DNA of 56,016 nucleotides from Methanobacteriota archaeon. Its GTDB lineage: Archaea > Hydrothermarchaeota > Hydrothermarchaeia > Hydrothermarchaeales > JACRDW01. A program made the translations under genes and the position numbers. The notes beneath the pieces were generated by a model, which saw only the letters and a list, made by a program, of their open reading frames with translations, did not search any database and was not told the origin of the DNA. The stretch lies in assembly GCA_043820925.1 (NCBI GenBank), contig JBDRDL010000038.1:1-56016 (forward strand), written 5' to 3'. Positions 43,698 to 51,789 of the stretch are shown here, one piece after another (the first letter of the stretch is position 1; every line of letters begins with the position of its first letter).

Positions 43698-44402
43698 ATG
43701 CTCAAAGACGAATACGAGCTTTTTAAGGCTCTATCGCACCCTATAAGGGCTGAAATAATCAAGCTACTCTGCGAGTGCGGTGAGCTTTCTTATACTGAAA
43801 TTCTGACCGCCCTGAAGATCGATACAGGGCAGCTGAACTTCCATCTGAGGAACATAGGCGAGCTTTATACAAGGACCGAGGAGGGCAACTACACCCTGAA
43901 CGAAGCAGGAAAGCTCTGCTATTATGTGATAAAAGGGGTTAAGAAGCACGTAGGCAGAGAAGAAGTCTCTGTAGAGCCCAGTGCACGTATCGAAAAAAGA
44001 GTAATAGCAGCACTGATAGACTACGCAATTTTCATCGGCAGCCCGCTCCTCTTCATTCTATTTCTCAGCGTGTGGATTCCCTTCGGAGAGCGAGGGCTTG
44101 ACCCAGTTATACTTGCTCAATTCCTGCATGCGATATTCTTCCTCGCACTCATTGCCCTGATGTTCATGGAAACTTATAACGGACAGACCGTCGGCAAGTA
44201 TATAATGAAAATAAGGGCTGTCAAGGAAACTGGAAGGAAGATAAATCTTGTGGAGAGCATTATAAGGAATGTCGCAAAAATATTCTTTTTGCCTTTCGAT
44301 TTGCTTGTAGGTTTGCTGTTTTTCAGGAAGAAAGGATATATAAGATTCGCAGACTACTACACTAAAATAAAAATAGTAGACGTATCCGGGGACGTGCTGT
44401 AG
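43698..44402 (+). CDS. ArsR-type wHTH fused to a membrane RDD domain
   Basis: LSHPIRAEIIKLL..LSYTEIL N-terminal region, then RVIAALIDYAIF... and YNGQTVGKYIMKIR (RDD-like) with TM helices. Confidence 0.7.
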   Translation: MLKDEYELFKALSHPIRAEIIKLLCECGELSYTEILTALKIDTGQLNFHLRNIGELYTRTEEGNYTLNEAGKLCYYVIKGVKKHVGREEVSVEPSARIEKRVIAALIDYAIFIGSPLLFILFLSVWIPFGERGLDPVILAQFLHAIFFLALIALMFMETYNGQTVGKYIMKIRAVKETGRKINLVESIIRNVAKIFFLPFDLLVGLLFFRKKGYIRFADYYTKIKIVDVSGDVL

Positions 44403-44430
44403 TAATACGTGGGTCAAGACCGAGGTCTTA

Positions 44431-44469
44431 AAACGTAGAAAATTTGCGAATGCAAATTTTCAGACGTTT
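44431..44469. promoter_or_regulatory. Long near-perfect palindrome upstream of tatC1
   Basis: aaacgtagaaaatttgc gaat gcaaattttcagacgttt; the core 10-bp arms (44438-44447 and 44452-44461) are perfect. Confidence 0.6.
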
Positions 44470-44488
44470 AAAAACGAAGGGATTGAAA

Positions 44489-45181
44489 ATGAACTGGGCA
44501 GAGATTTTATATCAGGTTAAAAAGAAGCTCATATATCTCGCAATTTTCCTGGCAGTCGGCTTTATTGCTCTCTGGTTTCTCGCAGACAAAATAATCCTGA
44601 GGATAAAGGAAGATCTGCTGCCGAAGGAAGCCACGCTGATTGTAACAAGCCCGATGGAATACGTTATGGTCAAGATTCAAATTTCCCTAATACTCGGAGT
44701 TTTAATTGCACTGCCTATCTTTGCAGCAATTCTGTTAAGAAGAGCGAATATAAAAATTGGCATAATCTGGCTAATTTTTGCCCTCGCACTGTTCGGAGTA
44801 GGCTTTTCCTTTACTTACTTCCTGCTGCTGCCTATTGCGATAAAAATATTGACTAGCTTCGCTCTAGAAGCAGGCATCGAGACTTTCTTTTCGCTGAGCC
44901 AGTTCATCCTCTTCGCTGCTCTTACGACTGTTATATTCAGCATAGTTTTTGAGCTGCCTTTAGTCGTCTCGTGGCTTGCGATAAAAGGCATAGTATCGGT
45001 TGCCGTACTTCAAGAGAAAAGAAAGCACGTTTATGTGGGCATATTCGTCGTAGCCGCAATTATAACAGCAGACCCAACACCCTTCAGTCAGATTCTCCTT
45101 GCTATACCATTAATATTTCTCTATGAAGTCAGCATACTCTCAGCTAAAATATTCGGAAAAAAAGCTCACGCAATACCGTGA
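44489..45181 (+). CDS. tatC: Twin-arginine translocase subunit TatC (copy 1)
   Basis: Six-TM layout; ELPLVVSWL and DPTPFSQ motifs. Start set at ATG 44489. Confidence 0.8.
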   Translation: MNWAEILYQVKKKLIYLAIFLAVGFIALWFLADKIILRIKEDLLPKEATLIVTSPMEYVMVKIQISLILGVLIALPIFAAILLRRANIKIGIIWLIFALALFGVGFSFTYFLLLPIAIKILTSFALEAGIETFFSLSQFILFAALTTVIFSIVFELPLVVSWLAIKGIVSVAVLQEKRKHVYVGIFVVAAIITADPTPFSQILLAIPLIFLYEVSILSAKIFGKKAHAIP

Positions 45182-45216
45182 GGTAGGCGCAAGACTTACG
45201 GTCTTGCTTACGCAAA
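45172..45216. repeat. Interspersed repeat, module X, supplying the tatC1 stop codon
   Basis: aataccgtgaggtaggcgcaagacttacggtcttgcttacgcaaa; hairpin gcaagac ttacg gtcttgc. Confidence 0.85.
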
Positions 45217-45354
45217 TCTCCAGTTGCCTTCTTGCAAGGATTTTTGAATCTTAACAACCTTCTCTCTATCAAGCCTGTACTTCTTTAAAATAGGTGCTTC
45301 CTGCTTTTGAATCAGTATGTTTATTAATTCATCGACCTTTATTTTTAGTTTCAT
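45208..45354 (-). CDS. Possible 48-aa small protein
   Basis: MKLKIKVDELINILIQKQEAPILKKYRLDREKVVKIQKSLQEGNWRFA. Below the ORF-track cutoff; its stop codon lies in the repeat at 45208-45210. Confidence 0.25.
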   Translation of the reverse strand: MKLKIKVDELINILIQKQEAPILKKYRLDREKVVKIQKSLQEGNWRFA

Positions 45355-45496
45355 ATCTATTACCTTTTTCGCCAGAGGTTCGGGAGTATCCTACACAGGA
45401 AATCTGCGGACCCCTCCTGCTAAAATAAATTAAATTGTTAACTTATGCAAAAGTATTTAAGATAAGAATTGCAAAAATCAAATGGAGGCGAGAAAA

Positions 45497-45685
45497 ATGC
45501 TGGGCCTGGGTCCACAAGAAGTACTTCTAATATTCCTCATTATAGTTCTGCTCTTCGGAGCTTCCAAGCTGCCCGAACTTGCACGCTCACTGGGCAAGGC
45601 GAAGGGGGAGTTCAAGAAAGGAATGGAGGAGGAAGAGGAAAAACCGAAGGCTGAGCTGAAGGCAGAAGAGAAGAAAGAGAAGTAA
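45497..45685 (+). CDS. tatA: TatA/E (copy 1)
   Basis: MLGLGPQEVLLIFLIIVLLFGASKLPELARSLGKA; GGAGG lies 7 nt upstream of ATG 45497. Confidence 0.85.
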   Translation: MLGLGPQEVLLIFLIIVLLFGASKLPELARSLGKAKGEFKKGMEEEEEKPKAELKAEEKKEK

Positions 45686-45687
45686 AT

Positions 45688-45924
45688 ATGATAGGTTCTT
45701 CAGAATTGATAATAATCTTGGTTCTTGCATTGCTTCTATTCGGACCGAAAAAATTGCCCGAGTTAGCCAGAGCCCTGGGAGAAGCGGCAAGGGAGTACCA
45801 CAAGGCTGCGAGAGAGTTTAATAAGGAGACCGAAGAAATTAGAAAGACTGTAACCGAGGAATTTGGGAAAGGGGCAAAAGAAATTAAAGAGATAAAAAAC
45901 ATTGTAGAAAAAACCAAGCGCTAA
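45688..45924 (+). CDS. tatA: TatA/E (copy 2)
   Basis: ELIIILVLALLLFGPKKLPELARALGEA. Confidence 0.85.
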   Translation: MIGSSELIIILVLALLLFGPKKLPELARALGEAAREYHKAAREFNKETEEIRKTVTEEFGKGAKEIKEIKNIVEKTKR

Positions 45925-45932
45925 GGTATACC

Positions 45933-46655
45933 ATGGCAGAAGTTACTCTTCCCGAGGACAAAGAATTAGCTCTGGAAGAGCATCTTACGGAGCTTAGAAA
46001 TCGCCTGGTTGTTGTTCTTGCCGCAGTTGCTGTATTTTCGTGCATTATATTTATTTTCACTGGAGATATAATACAGTTTATAAAAAAAGACATGCTCCCA
46101 GCAGGTGCCAAGCTAATTGCCCTAAATCCTTTAGAATATTTGTATACGAGATTTATGCTCAGCATCGTCGGAGCAGTAATAATCTGCGTGCCTCTAATCG
46201 TCTATGAGATTTTCAAATTCATGAAGCCCGGGCTGTATCCGAGCGAGAGGACATTTTTTATTAAAGTCGTGCCTGCTTCGATGCTTCTTTTTATTCTGGG
46301 CGCAGCTTTTTCCTACATAGTATTGATTCCTTTCTCAATAAAATATTTGATAAGCTATGCAGAAGGCGTTGCTGTGCCGATGCTCGTGCTGAGCAGGTTT
46401 ATCTCCTTTTTATCTTTCATGCTACTAAGTCTTGGATTAATCTTCCAGCTCCCGCTGGTCACTTCTTTTCTGGTTAGGGCAGAGCTGATTAAGAAGAGCG
46501 ACTTGAAGGAGAAGAGGAAATACGTCTATGCGATACTATTCCTCATCGCATTTGCCCTTGCGCCTGACCCCACGCCCGTAACGCCGTTGGTTATCCTCGT
46601 TACTCTGGGCATAGTTTACGAGATAAGCATAATTTTCGCAGGCTATTTGCTATGA
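45933..46655 (+). CDS. tatC: TatC (copy 2)
   Basis: EHLTELRNRL N-terminal motif, six TMs, QLPLVTSFL, DPTPVT. Confidence 0.85.
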   Translation: MAEVTLPEDKELALEEHLTELRNRLVVVLAAVAVFSCIIFIFTGDIIQFIKKDMLPAGAKLIALNPLEYLYTRFMLSIVGAVIICVPLIVYEIFKFMKPGLYPSERTFFIKVVPASMLLFILGAAFSYIVLIPFSIKYLISYAEGVAVPMLVLSRFISFLSFMLLSLGLIFQLPLVTSFLVRAELIKKSDLKEKRKYVYAILFLIAFALAPDPTPVTPLVILVTLGIVYEISIIFAGYLL

Positions 46656-47392
46656 TGCAAAAAATAAAAATCTCCAGGAACAGAGAAGAAATAGAAGAGT
46701 ATGTTGCTGTGGAGAGAGAGTTAAAGCTAATTGTAAACGACAAAACCATTGCCGGCGTTAAGCTCTCTCCAGGCTACGAGGAAGAATTCGCAATAGGCTA
46801 CTGCCTCGGCGAGGGTCTGGTTAAGAGCTTGGACTCGATTTCAGAAGTAAAAATCGTCGGCAACGCAGCCTATGTAAAGGCTGATGCAAATTTCGAGGCA
46901 TCTTACGAGAAGTATATACTGAGCGACTGCATAAGCGGCTGGCGGGCGAGAATCGAAGCCGAAGAAGTGCAGGTTGCTTCTGATTTTAAAGTAAGCGATA
47001 AAGAAATTTTGAAAAGAATGCGGGAGCTGAGAGATAAATCAGCGATTTGGAAAAAAACTGGTGGAGTACATTCCGTTGGTCTGGTTAATGGAGACAATTT
47101 CCTGCTTGTCGAAGACATAAGCAGGCACATCGCACTTGACAAGATAATCGGGCTTGCTGTCAAAAAAGGTGTCGACTTATCCAGCTCCTATGTACTAGCC
47201 AGCGGAAGGCTGCCGGGAGACATGGTAATCAAGGCAGCAAGAGTTAACGTGCCGATAATCGTTTCTCGAACAGCTCCTCTTTCCTCTGGCATAGAATGCG
47301 CAGAAAGATGCAACCTGACTTTAATAGGCTTTGCCAGAGGAAAAAGAATGAACGTTTACACACATCCTGGGAGGATAGAGTTTAGCCATTGA
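46652..47392 (+). CDS. fdhD: FdhD sulfurtransferase (formate dehydrogenase accessory)
   Basis: GYCLGEG, TGGVHS, ASGRLPGDMVIKAARVNVPIIVSRTAP. Confidence 0.85.
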   Translation: MMQKIKISRNREEIEEYVAVERELKLIVNDKTIAGVKLSPGYEEEFAIGYCLGEGLVKSLDSISEVKIVGNAAYVKADANFEASYEKYILSDCISGWRARIEAEEVQVASDFKVSDKEILKRMRELRDKSAIWKKTGGVHSVGLVNGDNFLLVEDISRHIALDKIIGLAVKKGVDLSSSYVLASGRLPGDMVIKAARVNVPIIVSRTAPLSSGIECAERCNLTLIGFARGKRMNVYTHPGRIEFSH

Positions 47393-49676
47393 GCCTGCCA
47401 GCCGCTATTACAGCCTGCCCCAGTGAAATCCCTCCGTCTCCGCAGGGCACTTTGGTTTGCGTTAAAAATTTCAGCCCTTTTTTTTCAATTTTTTTTCTAA
47501 TATATCGCACAATAGCACCGTTGTATGCTACCCCGCCAGAGAATCCAACAGTATCGATTTTTTCTTCTTTTGCAACTTTTACTGCAATCTCTGCCAATCC
47601 GCAGGCGATTGCTTTTTGGGCAGATGCCGCAATGTGTTCGGATTTAAATTTTTCTTTCATCTGCAAAACTGCATCGAGTATTTCAGTCGTGTCAAGAACA
47701 TATCTTCCCTCGTATTTGCGGATAATTACTGGCATCTCAATTTTCGGTATTGCTCTTCCTTTAAAGGCGAATGTCTCAAGCTTCATCGCAGGCTCGCCTT
47801 CGTAGGTTCTTTCATAGCAAATGCCCAGCAGAGCAGAAATTGCATCCAGAACTCTTCCTGTACTCGTTGTCTCCGGAGTATTGTACTGCTGTTGGATTTG
47901 TTTCAAAACTATGTCAATCTCTTTCTCGCTTCTAAAGCCGTGTGAAATTTCGATCAGAATTTTTTTTAGTTCCTGCGGTGAATATTTTTTGGAGAGCATT
48001 CCTGCAACCATTCTTGCAGGATAAGTTGCTGCCAAATCGCCGCCCGGCATTATTTGCGGCATTAGGCTACCTGCTCTCTCAAACCCATTGAAACCGCTAA
48101 CTAAAATTTCTCCGCCCCATACTTTGCCATCGCTTCCGTAACCTACACCGTCGCAAGCTATGCCCACCATTTTTCCAACGCCGCTTTCTGCCATGAGCGA
48201 GGTGATGTGCGCATGGTGGTGCTGGCATTTTATTAGTTTTGCCTTGAATTTTTTGCTCAGCTCTGCTCCAAGCTGCGCAGTATTGAAGCCGGGATGCATG
48301 TCAACAGCGACTGCATCGACTTTTTCAATCTTCGTTAGTTCGATAAGATTGTAGATTGCCGCCTCCAGATATTCGAGCGTTTTCAGTTTAGTTGTATTGC
48401 CGACGTACTGCGATAAAAAGGCATTGCTGCCATTTAGAATGCATGCAGTAACATCTAATTCTGCTCCCAGTGCAAGTATTTGAACATTTGAAAATTTTGA
48501 GTTTCGCTCAAAATTTTCTATGTTCAGAAAAACAGGCATCGGTACAAAACCCCTAGAACGCCGCAGAAACGCTGCCTTTCCGTCCACGAACTTTATTACC
48601 GAGTCGTCGCACCTGTTTTTTATTCTCCTGTTGTGCAAAAGCGAGTACTCTGCATTCAGCGCCAGAATTTCTTTGTTTTCAATCGTCATCGGCTCCCCAG
48701 GCACATTTGCGCTCGTCATTACAAAAGCAGGCTCTCTTGAGTAGTGAAAGAGCAAATGATGAATGCCGGCATAGGGCAGCATTACTCCGACATTGTGTAA
48801 TTGCGGCGCAATATGCGCTGAAAGTTTGTTCTCTTTTTTTTTCAGCAGAACGATTGGTCTTCTGAACGATGTAAGAAGCTCTTTCTCCTTTTCGTTAATA
48901 TATGCGATTTTTTCAGCGCTGCGAACATCTCTCGCCATTATTGCAAAAGGTTTCTGGTGCCTGCGCAGAATTTTCCTGATTTTCAAAATTGCCTCGTCTT
49001 CTGTAGTTTTGGTTGCGAGGTGCGTTCCGCCTACTCCTTTTATCGCAACTATTCTTCCACTATCCAGAGCTTCAGCAGCTTTTTGAATCTGACTTATTTT
49101 TTTATTGTCTTTGAAAAGCTCGTACTGCGGTCCGCATTTAGAGCAGCAAATAGGCTCTGCACGAAATCTCCGATTCAGGGCGTCGGTATATTCTCTCTCA
49201 CACTCCCCGCACATTGGAAATTCTAGCATAGTAGTTTTTTCCCTGTCGTAAGGCAGAGCCTCGATTATCGTGAATCTCGGACCACAGTCGGTGCATACAG
49301 TGAACGGATACAAATAGCGGCGGCTTCTCTTATCAAAAATCTCTCTGCGGCACTTTTCGCAGACGCAAACATCGGGCGGAATTACAGAATCAGTTTCACC
49401 TTTGCTTTCGCTCTTCAGCACATAAAAATCATCGTATCGCTCTTGACTTTCTGCCTGTTTTGCATCGATTGAAAAAATCTCTGCAAGCGGCGGGTGCTCG
49501 TTCTTCAGCATTTTTAGGAATCTTTTTATGTTCTGCTTTTTTCCGTCTATCAAAATTTCAACGCTGTTTGCGGCATTCCTTACATAACCTTGTAGGTTGC
49601 TTTTCTTCGCAGTCCTGTACACGAACGGTCTAAAACCAACACCTTGGACGATGCCCTTTACGATAATCTTATACAT
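47382..49676 (-). CDS. hypF: [NiFe]-hydrogenase maturation carbamoyltransferase HypF
   Basis: Acylphosphatase N-terminus (VQGVGFRPFVYR), two CxxC-x18-CxxC zinc fingers, YrdC-like and Kae1-like domains. Confidence 0.9.
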   Translation of the reverse strand: MYKIIVKGIVQGVGFRPFVYRTAKKSNLQGYVRNAANSVEILIDGKKQNIKRFLKMLKNEHPPLAEIFSIDAKQAESQERYDDFYVLKSESKGETDSVIPPDVCVCEKCRREIFDKRSRRYLYPFTVCTDCGPRFTIIEALPYDREKTTMLEFPMCGECEREYTDALNRRFRAEPICCSKCGPQYELFKDNKKISQIQKAAEALDSGRIVAIKGVGGTHLATKTTEDEAILKIRKILRRHQKPFAIMARDVRSAEKIAYINEKEKELLTSFRRPIVLLKKKENKLSAHIAPQLHNVGVMLPYAGIHHLLFHYSREPAFVMTSANVPGEPMTIENKEILALNAEYSLLHNRRIKNRCDDSVIKFVDGKAAFLRRSRGFVPMPVFLNIENFERNSKFSNVQILALGAELDVTACILNGSNAFLSQYVGNTTKLKTLEYLEAAIYNLIELTKIEKVDAVAVDMHPGFNTAQLGAELSKKFKAKLIKCQHHHAHITSLMAESGVGKMVGIACDGVGYGSDGKVWGGEILVSGFNGFERAGSLMPQIMPGGDLAATYPARMVAGMLSKKYSPQELKKILIEISHGFRSEKEIDIVLKQIQQQYNTPETTSTGRVLDAISALLGICYERTYEGEPAMKLETFAFKGRAIPKIEMPVIIRKYEGRYVLDTTEILDAVLQMKEKFKSEHIAASAQKAIACGLAEIAVKVAKEEKIDTVGFSGGVAYNGAIVRYIRKKIEKKGLKFLTQTKVPCGDGGISLGQAVIAAGRLNG

Positions 49677-49722
49677 TGGAAAAATCTATAAAGCTTCATG
49701 CTGATATAATTTTGGTGGTTGA

Positions 49723-50736
49723 ATGGAGATAACACTCGCTCACGGCGCTGGCGGAGAATTAATGAACCAGCTCATTTCACAGGTTATAATCGCGCATATA
49801 AAGAACAGGAGCGCTGGCGGCGTAGGCTTGGACGAGCTTGACGACGGCGCAAGCATTCCAATAGGCGATAAAGAAATCGTTATTTCTACAGACGCTCATA
49901 CAATCAAGCCAATTTTTTTCCCAGGTGGAGACATAGGCAAACTCGCAGTCTGCGGAACTATTAACGACGTAGCTATGATGGGGGCAATGCCGCTTGCTAT
50001 CGCAAGTGCCATCGTCGTCGAAGAAGGCTTTCTCTCCGAGGAGCTGGAAAAAATAATTCGCTCAATGGACGAGGTTGCGAGTGCAGAGAATATAGCGATT
50101 ATAACGGGTGATACCAAGGTCATGGAGAAAGGCGCACTCGATAAAATTGTTATAACAACTACGGGTATAGGAATTGCTGAAAGGGGCAGAATCATAAAAG
50201 ATTCCGGCTTAAGCGATGGAGACAAAATAATTCTAACTGGCAGCATCGGCGACCACGGCATTGCTTTAATGTCCTTCAGAGAAGGTTTTGGTTTTGAAAC
50301 TACTTTACAGTCTGACATCGCTCCTCTCTGGAGCATGGTTGAAAAAATCTTAGCAGTTGGAGGAATAACTGCGATGAAGGACCCGACGAGGGGAGGCCTA
50401 GCCGCTGCTCTAAACGAGTGGGCTAGAAAAAGTAATTTCGGAATAATTGTTCGTGAGGATAAAATTCCGCTGAAGAGAGAAGTTCTCGCAGCGAGTGAGA
50501 TGCTCGGCATTGACCCTTTCACCGTTGCAAATGAGGGAAAGGCAATCATAGGCGTAAAACCTGAAAAGGCAGAAAAAATTTTACAACTAATAAAATCAAT
50601 GAAATTGGGCAAGGACGCCCAAATAATCGGCGAAGTTACAGACAGGTACAACGGCAAAGTCATTCTTGAGACGGTCATCGGCGGCAGAAGAATAATGCAG
50701 CCGCCGATTGGCGACCCAGTGCCGAGAGTCTGCTAA
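49723..50736 (+). CDS. hypE: Hydrogenase maturation protein HypE
   Basis: AHGAGG, PurM-like fold motifs, C-terminal PRVC. Confidence 0.9.
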   Translation: MEITLAHGAGGELMNQLISQVIIAHIKNRSAGGVGLDELDDGASIPIGDKEIVISTDAHTIKPIFFPGGDIGKLAVCGTINDVAMMGAMPLAIASAIVVEEGFLSEELEKIIRSMDEVASAENIAIITGDTKVMEKGALDKIVITTTGIGIAERGRIIKDSGLSDGDKIILTGSIGDHGIALMSFREGFGFETTLQSDIAPLWSMVEKILAVGGITAMKDPTRGGLAAALNEWARKSNFGIIVREDKIPLKREVLAASEMLGIDPFTVANEGKAIIGVKPEKAEKILQLIKSMKLGKDAQIIGEVTDRYNGKVILETVIGGRRIMQPPIGDPVPRVC

Positions 50737-50752
50737 TATTTTCGATTCCGTT

Positions 50753-50790
50753 AGGAAGCTGGCGAGAAATGCCATCTTCCTTGCGGAAGA
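50753..50790. repeat. Repeat module Z, reverse orientation
   Basis: aggaagctggcgagaaatgccatcttcc is the rc counterpart of 2922-2950. Confidence 0.8.
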
Positions 50791-50835
50791 ACGAGAAAAT
50801 AGTTACATAGCCTGAGCTAATGCCGATTAAATTAT

Positions 50836-50850
50836 AAAAAAATAAAAAAA
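50836..50850 (-). terminator. Oligo-T terminator candidate for the small zinc-ribbon gene
   Basis: The minus strand reads TTTTTTTATTTTTTT about 10 nt after the stop at 50861. Confidence 0.55.
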
Positions 50851-50860
50851 CCAGAAGCGA

Positions 50861-51019
50861 TTAATATCTTCTCGGCTTGCGTTTCTGGTAGCACTCTCTA
50901 CAATACACAGGTCTTCCTTCGGAAGGCTTGAAAGGAACTTCTGTTTCCTGACCGCAGTCTGCGCAGGTAGCCTTATACATCTTTCTTTCTCCACCGAATC
51001 TTCTTTCTCCATATTCCAT
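50861..51019 (-). CDS. 52-aa CxxC-x17-CxxC zinc-binding protein
   Basis: MEYGERRFGGERKMYKATCADCGQETEVPFKPSEGRPVYCRECYQKRKPRRY. AAGGTGA 5 nt upstream, TATA-like aagtttatataat at 51094-51105 (rc), T-tract after the stop. The track ORF 50827..51027 is a different frame. Confidence 0.75.
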   Translation of the reverse strand: MEYGERRFGGERKMYKATCADCGQETEVPFKPSEGRPVYCRECYQKRKPRRY

Positions 51020-51118
51020 TTATTCACCTTGTTTCTTTAGTTATACACTAGAAGTAGAATCTACTGTATACTGCTTTAAGTTGAATCAACACCATTATAT
51101 AAACTTATGCCTCTTACG

Positions 51119-51493
51119 CTAGCGCTTCACTAAAGCCTCTATATTCTTGACAACGATTTCCTTGCCCTCTAAAATTTCTACTGCAGTACCTCTGCATTTA
51201 GGGCACTTGACCAATACCATGTGCGAGTGCCCGTGTGCATCAACTTTGACTTTTCCTTCATAGCCGCACTGAGTGCAGCGAATTTTTCCATGCTTAACTT
51301 TTATTTTCAATTTAGCATTTCCTGCAACCGTGTCCTGCGAGACCATTTCAAAAGCATGTTTGAGCTGCTCAGGAGTTACGAAGGAAAATTCACCCAGCTC
51401 TAACTCTATGTGCGTTACTCTCTCTACATTGCGACCTTCCACCGATTTCTTCACGGTCTCTACGATGTCCATTGCAAGAGATAACTCATGCAT
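51119..51493 (-). CDS. hypA: Hydrogenase nickel incorporation protein HypA
   Basis: MHELSLAMDIVE..., CTQCG...CPKC. The track ORF's N-terminal extension (to 51751) is repeat sequence. Confidence 0.9.
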   Translation of the reverse strand: MHELSLAMDIVETVKKSVEGRNVERVTHIELELGEFSFVTPEQLKHAFEMVSQDTVAGNAKLKIKVKHGKIRCTQCGYEGKVKVDAHGHSHMVLVKCPKCRGTAVEILEGKEIVVKNIEALVKR

Positions 51494-51523
51494 TTCAATC
51501 CACCTCTCAGCACTTCGCTTTTT

Positions 51524-51563
51524 CCACGTCTGAAGATTTTGCTTCGCAAAATCTTCTACGTGG
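51524..51563. repeat. Palindromic module homologous to the tatC1-upstream palindrome
   Basis: ccacgtctgaagattttgc ttc gcaaaatcttctacgtgg shares both asymmetric arms (acgtagaa.. and ..ttcagacgt) with 44431-44469. Confidence 0.7.
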
Positions 51564-51568
51564 AAAGA

Positions 51569-51665
51569 CTCGTGCCGAGACCCGTAACTCGTCGTGTCTT
51601 GACCCTTGCGTAAGCAAGTTTGTCGGTATTGCGCTCTTGCTCTCGCAAGCGGGTCTCGGCACGAG
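51569..51665. repeat. Composite hairpin: perfect 15-bp inverted repeat enclosing gcgcaag-type modules
   Basis: ctcgtgccgagaccc (51569-51583) and gggtctcggcacgag (51651-51665). The 67-nt interior contains cttgcgtaagcaag and gcgctcttgctctcgcaag. Confidence 0.9.
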
Positions 51666-51710
51666 CGAGCATTCGTATCTGCACTCGCTTCGAGGAAGCG
51701 AGATTTCGCA

Positions 51711-51737
51711 AGAAAGATGGCATACACACCATCTTCC
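51711..51737. repeat. Repeat module Z variant
   Basis: agaaagatggcatacacaccatcttcc (hairpin agatgg/ccatct). Confidence 0.7.
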
Positions 51738-51789
51738 TGACGGAATGGCATGAGAGTCGCTCATACCCTCGTTCATACCGAACGAATGC

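Noticed and set aside
50827-51027. 66-aa ORF MNKWNMEKEDS... from the track
   Set aside because: The overlapping 52-aa frame encodes a clear CxxC-x17-CxxC zinc module with SD, TATA and T-tract signals, so the 66-aa frame is the shadow.
51494-51751. N-terminal 86-aa extension of the hypA ORF given in the track (51119..51751)
   Set aside because: The extension is translated repeat sequence. HypA homologues begin at MHELS, and an SD-like GAGGTGGA precedes the ATG at 51493.
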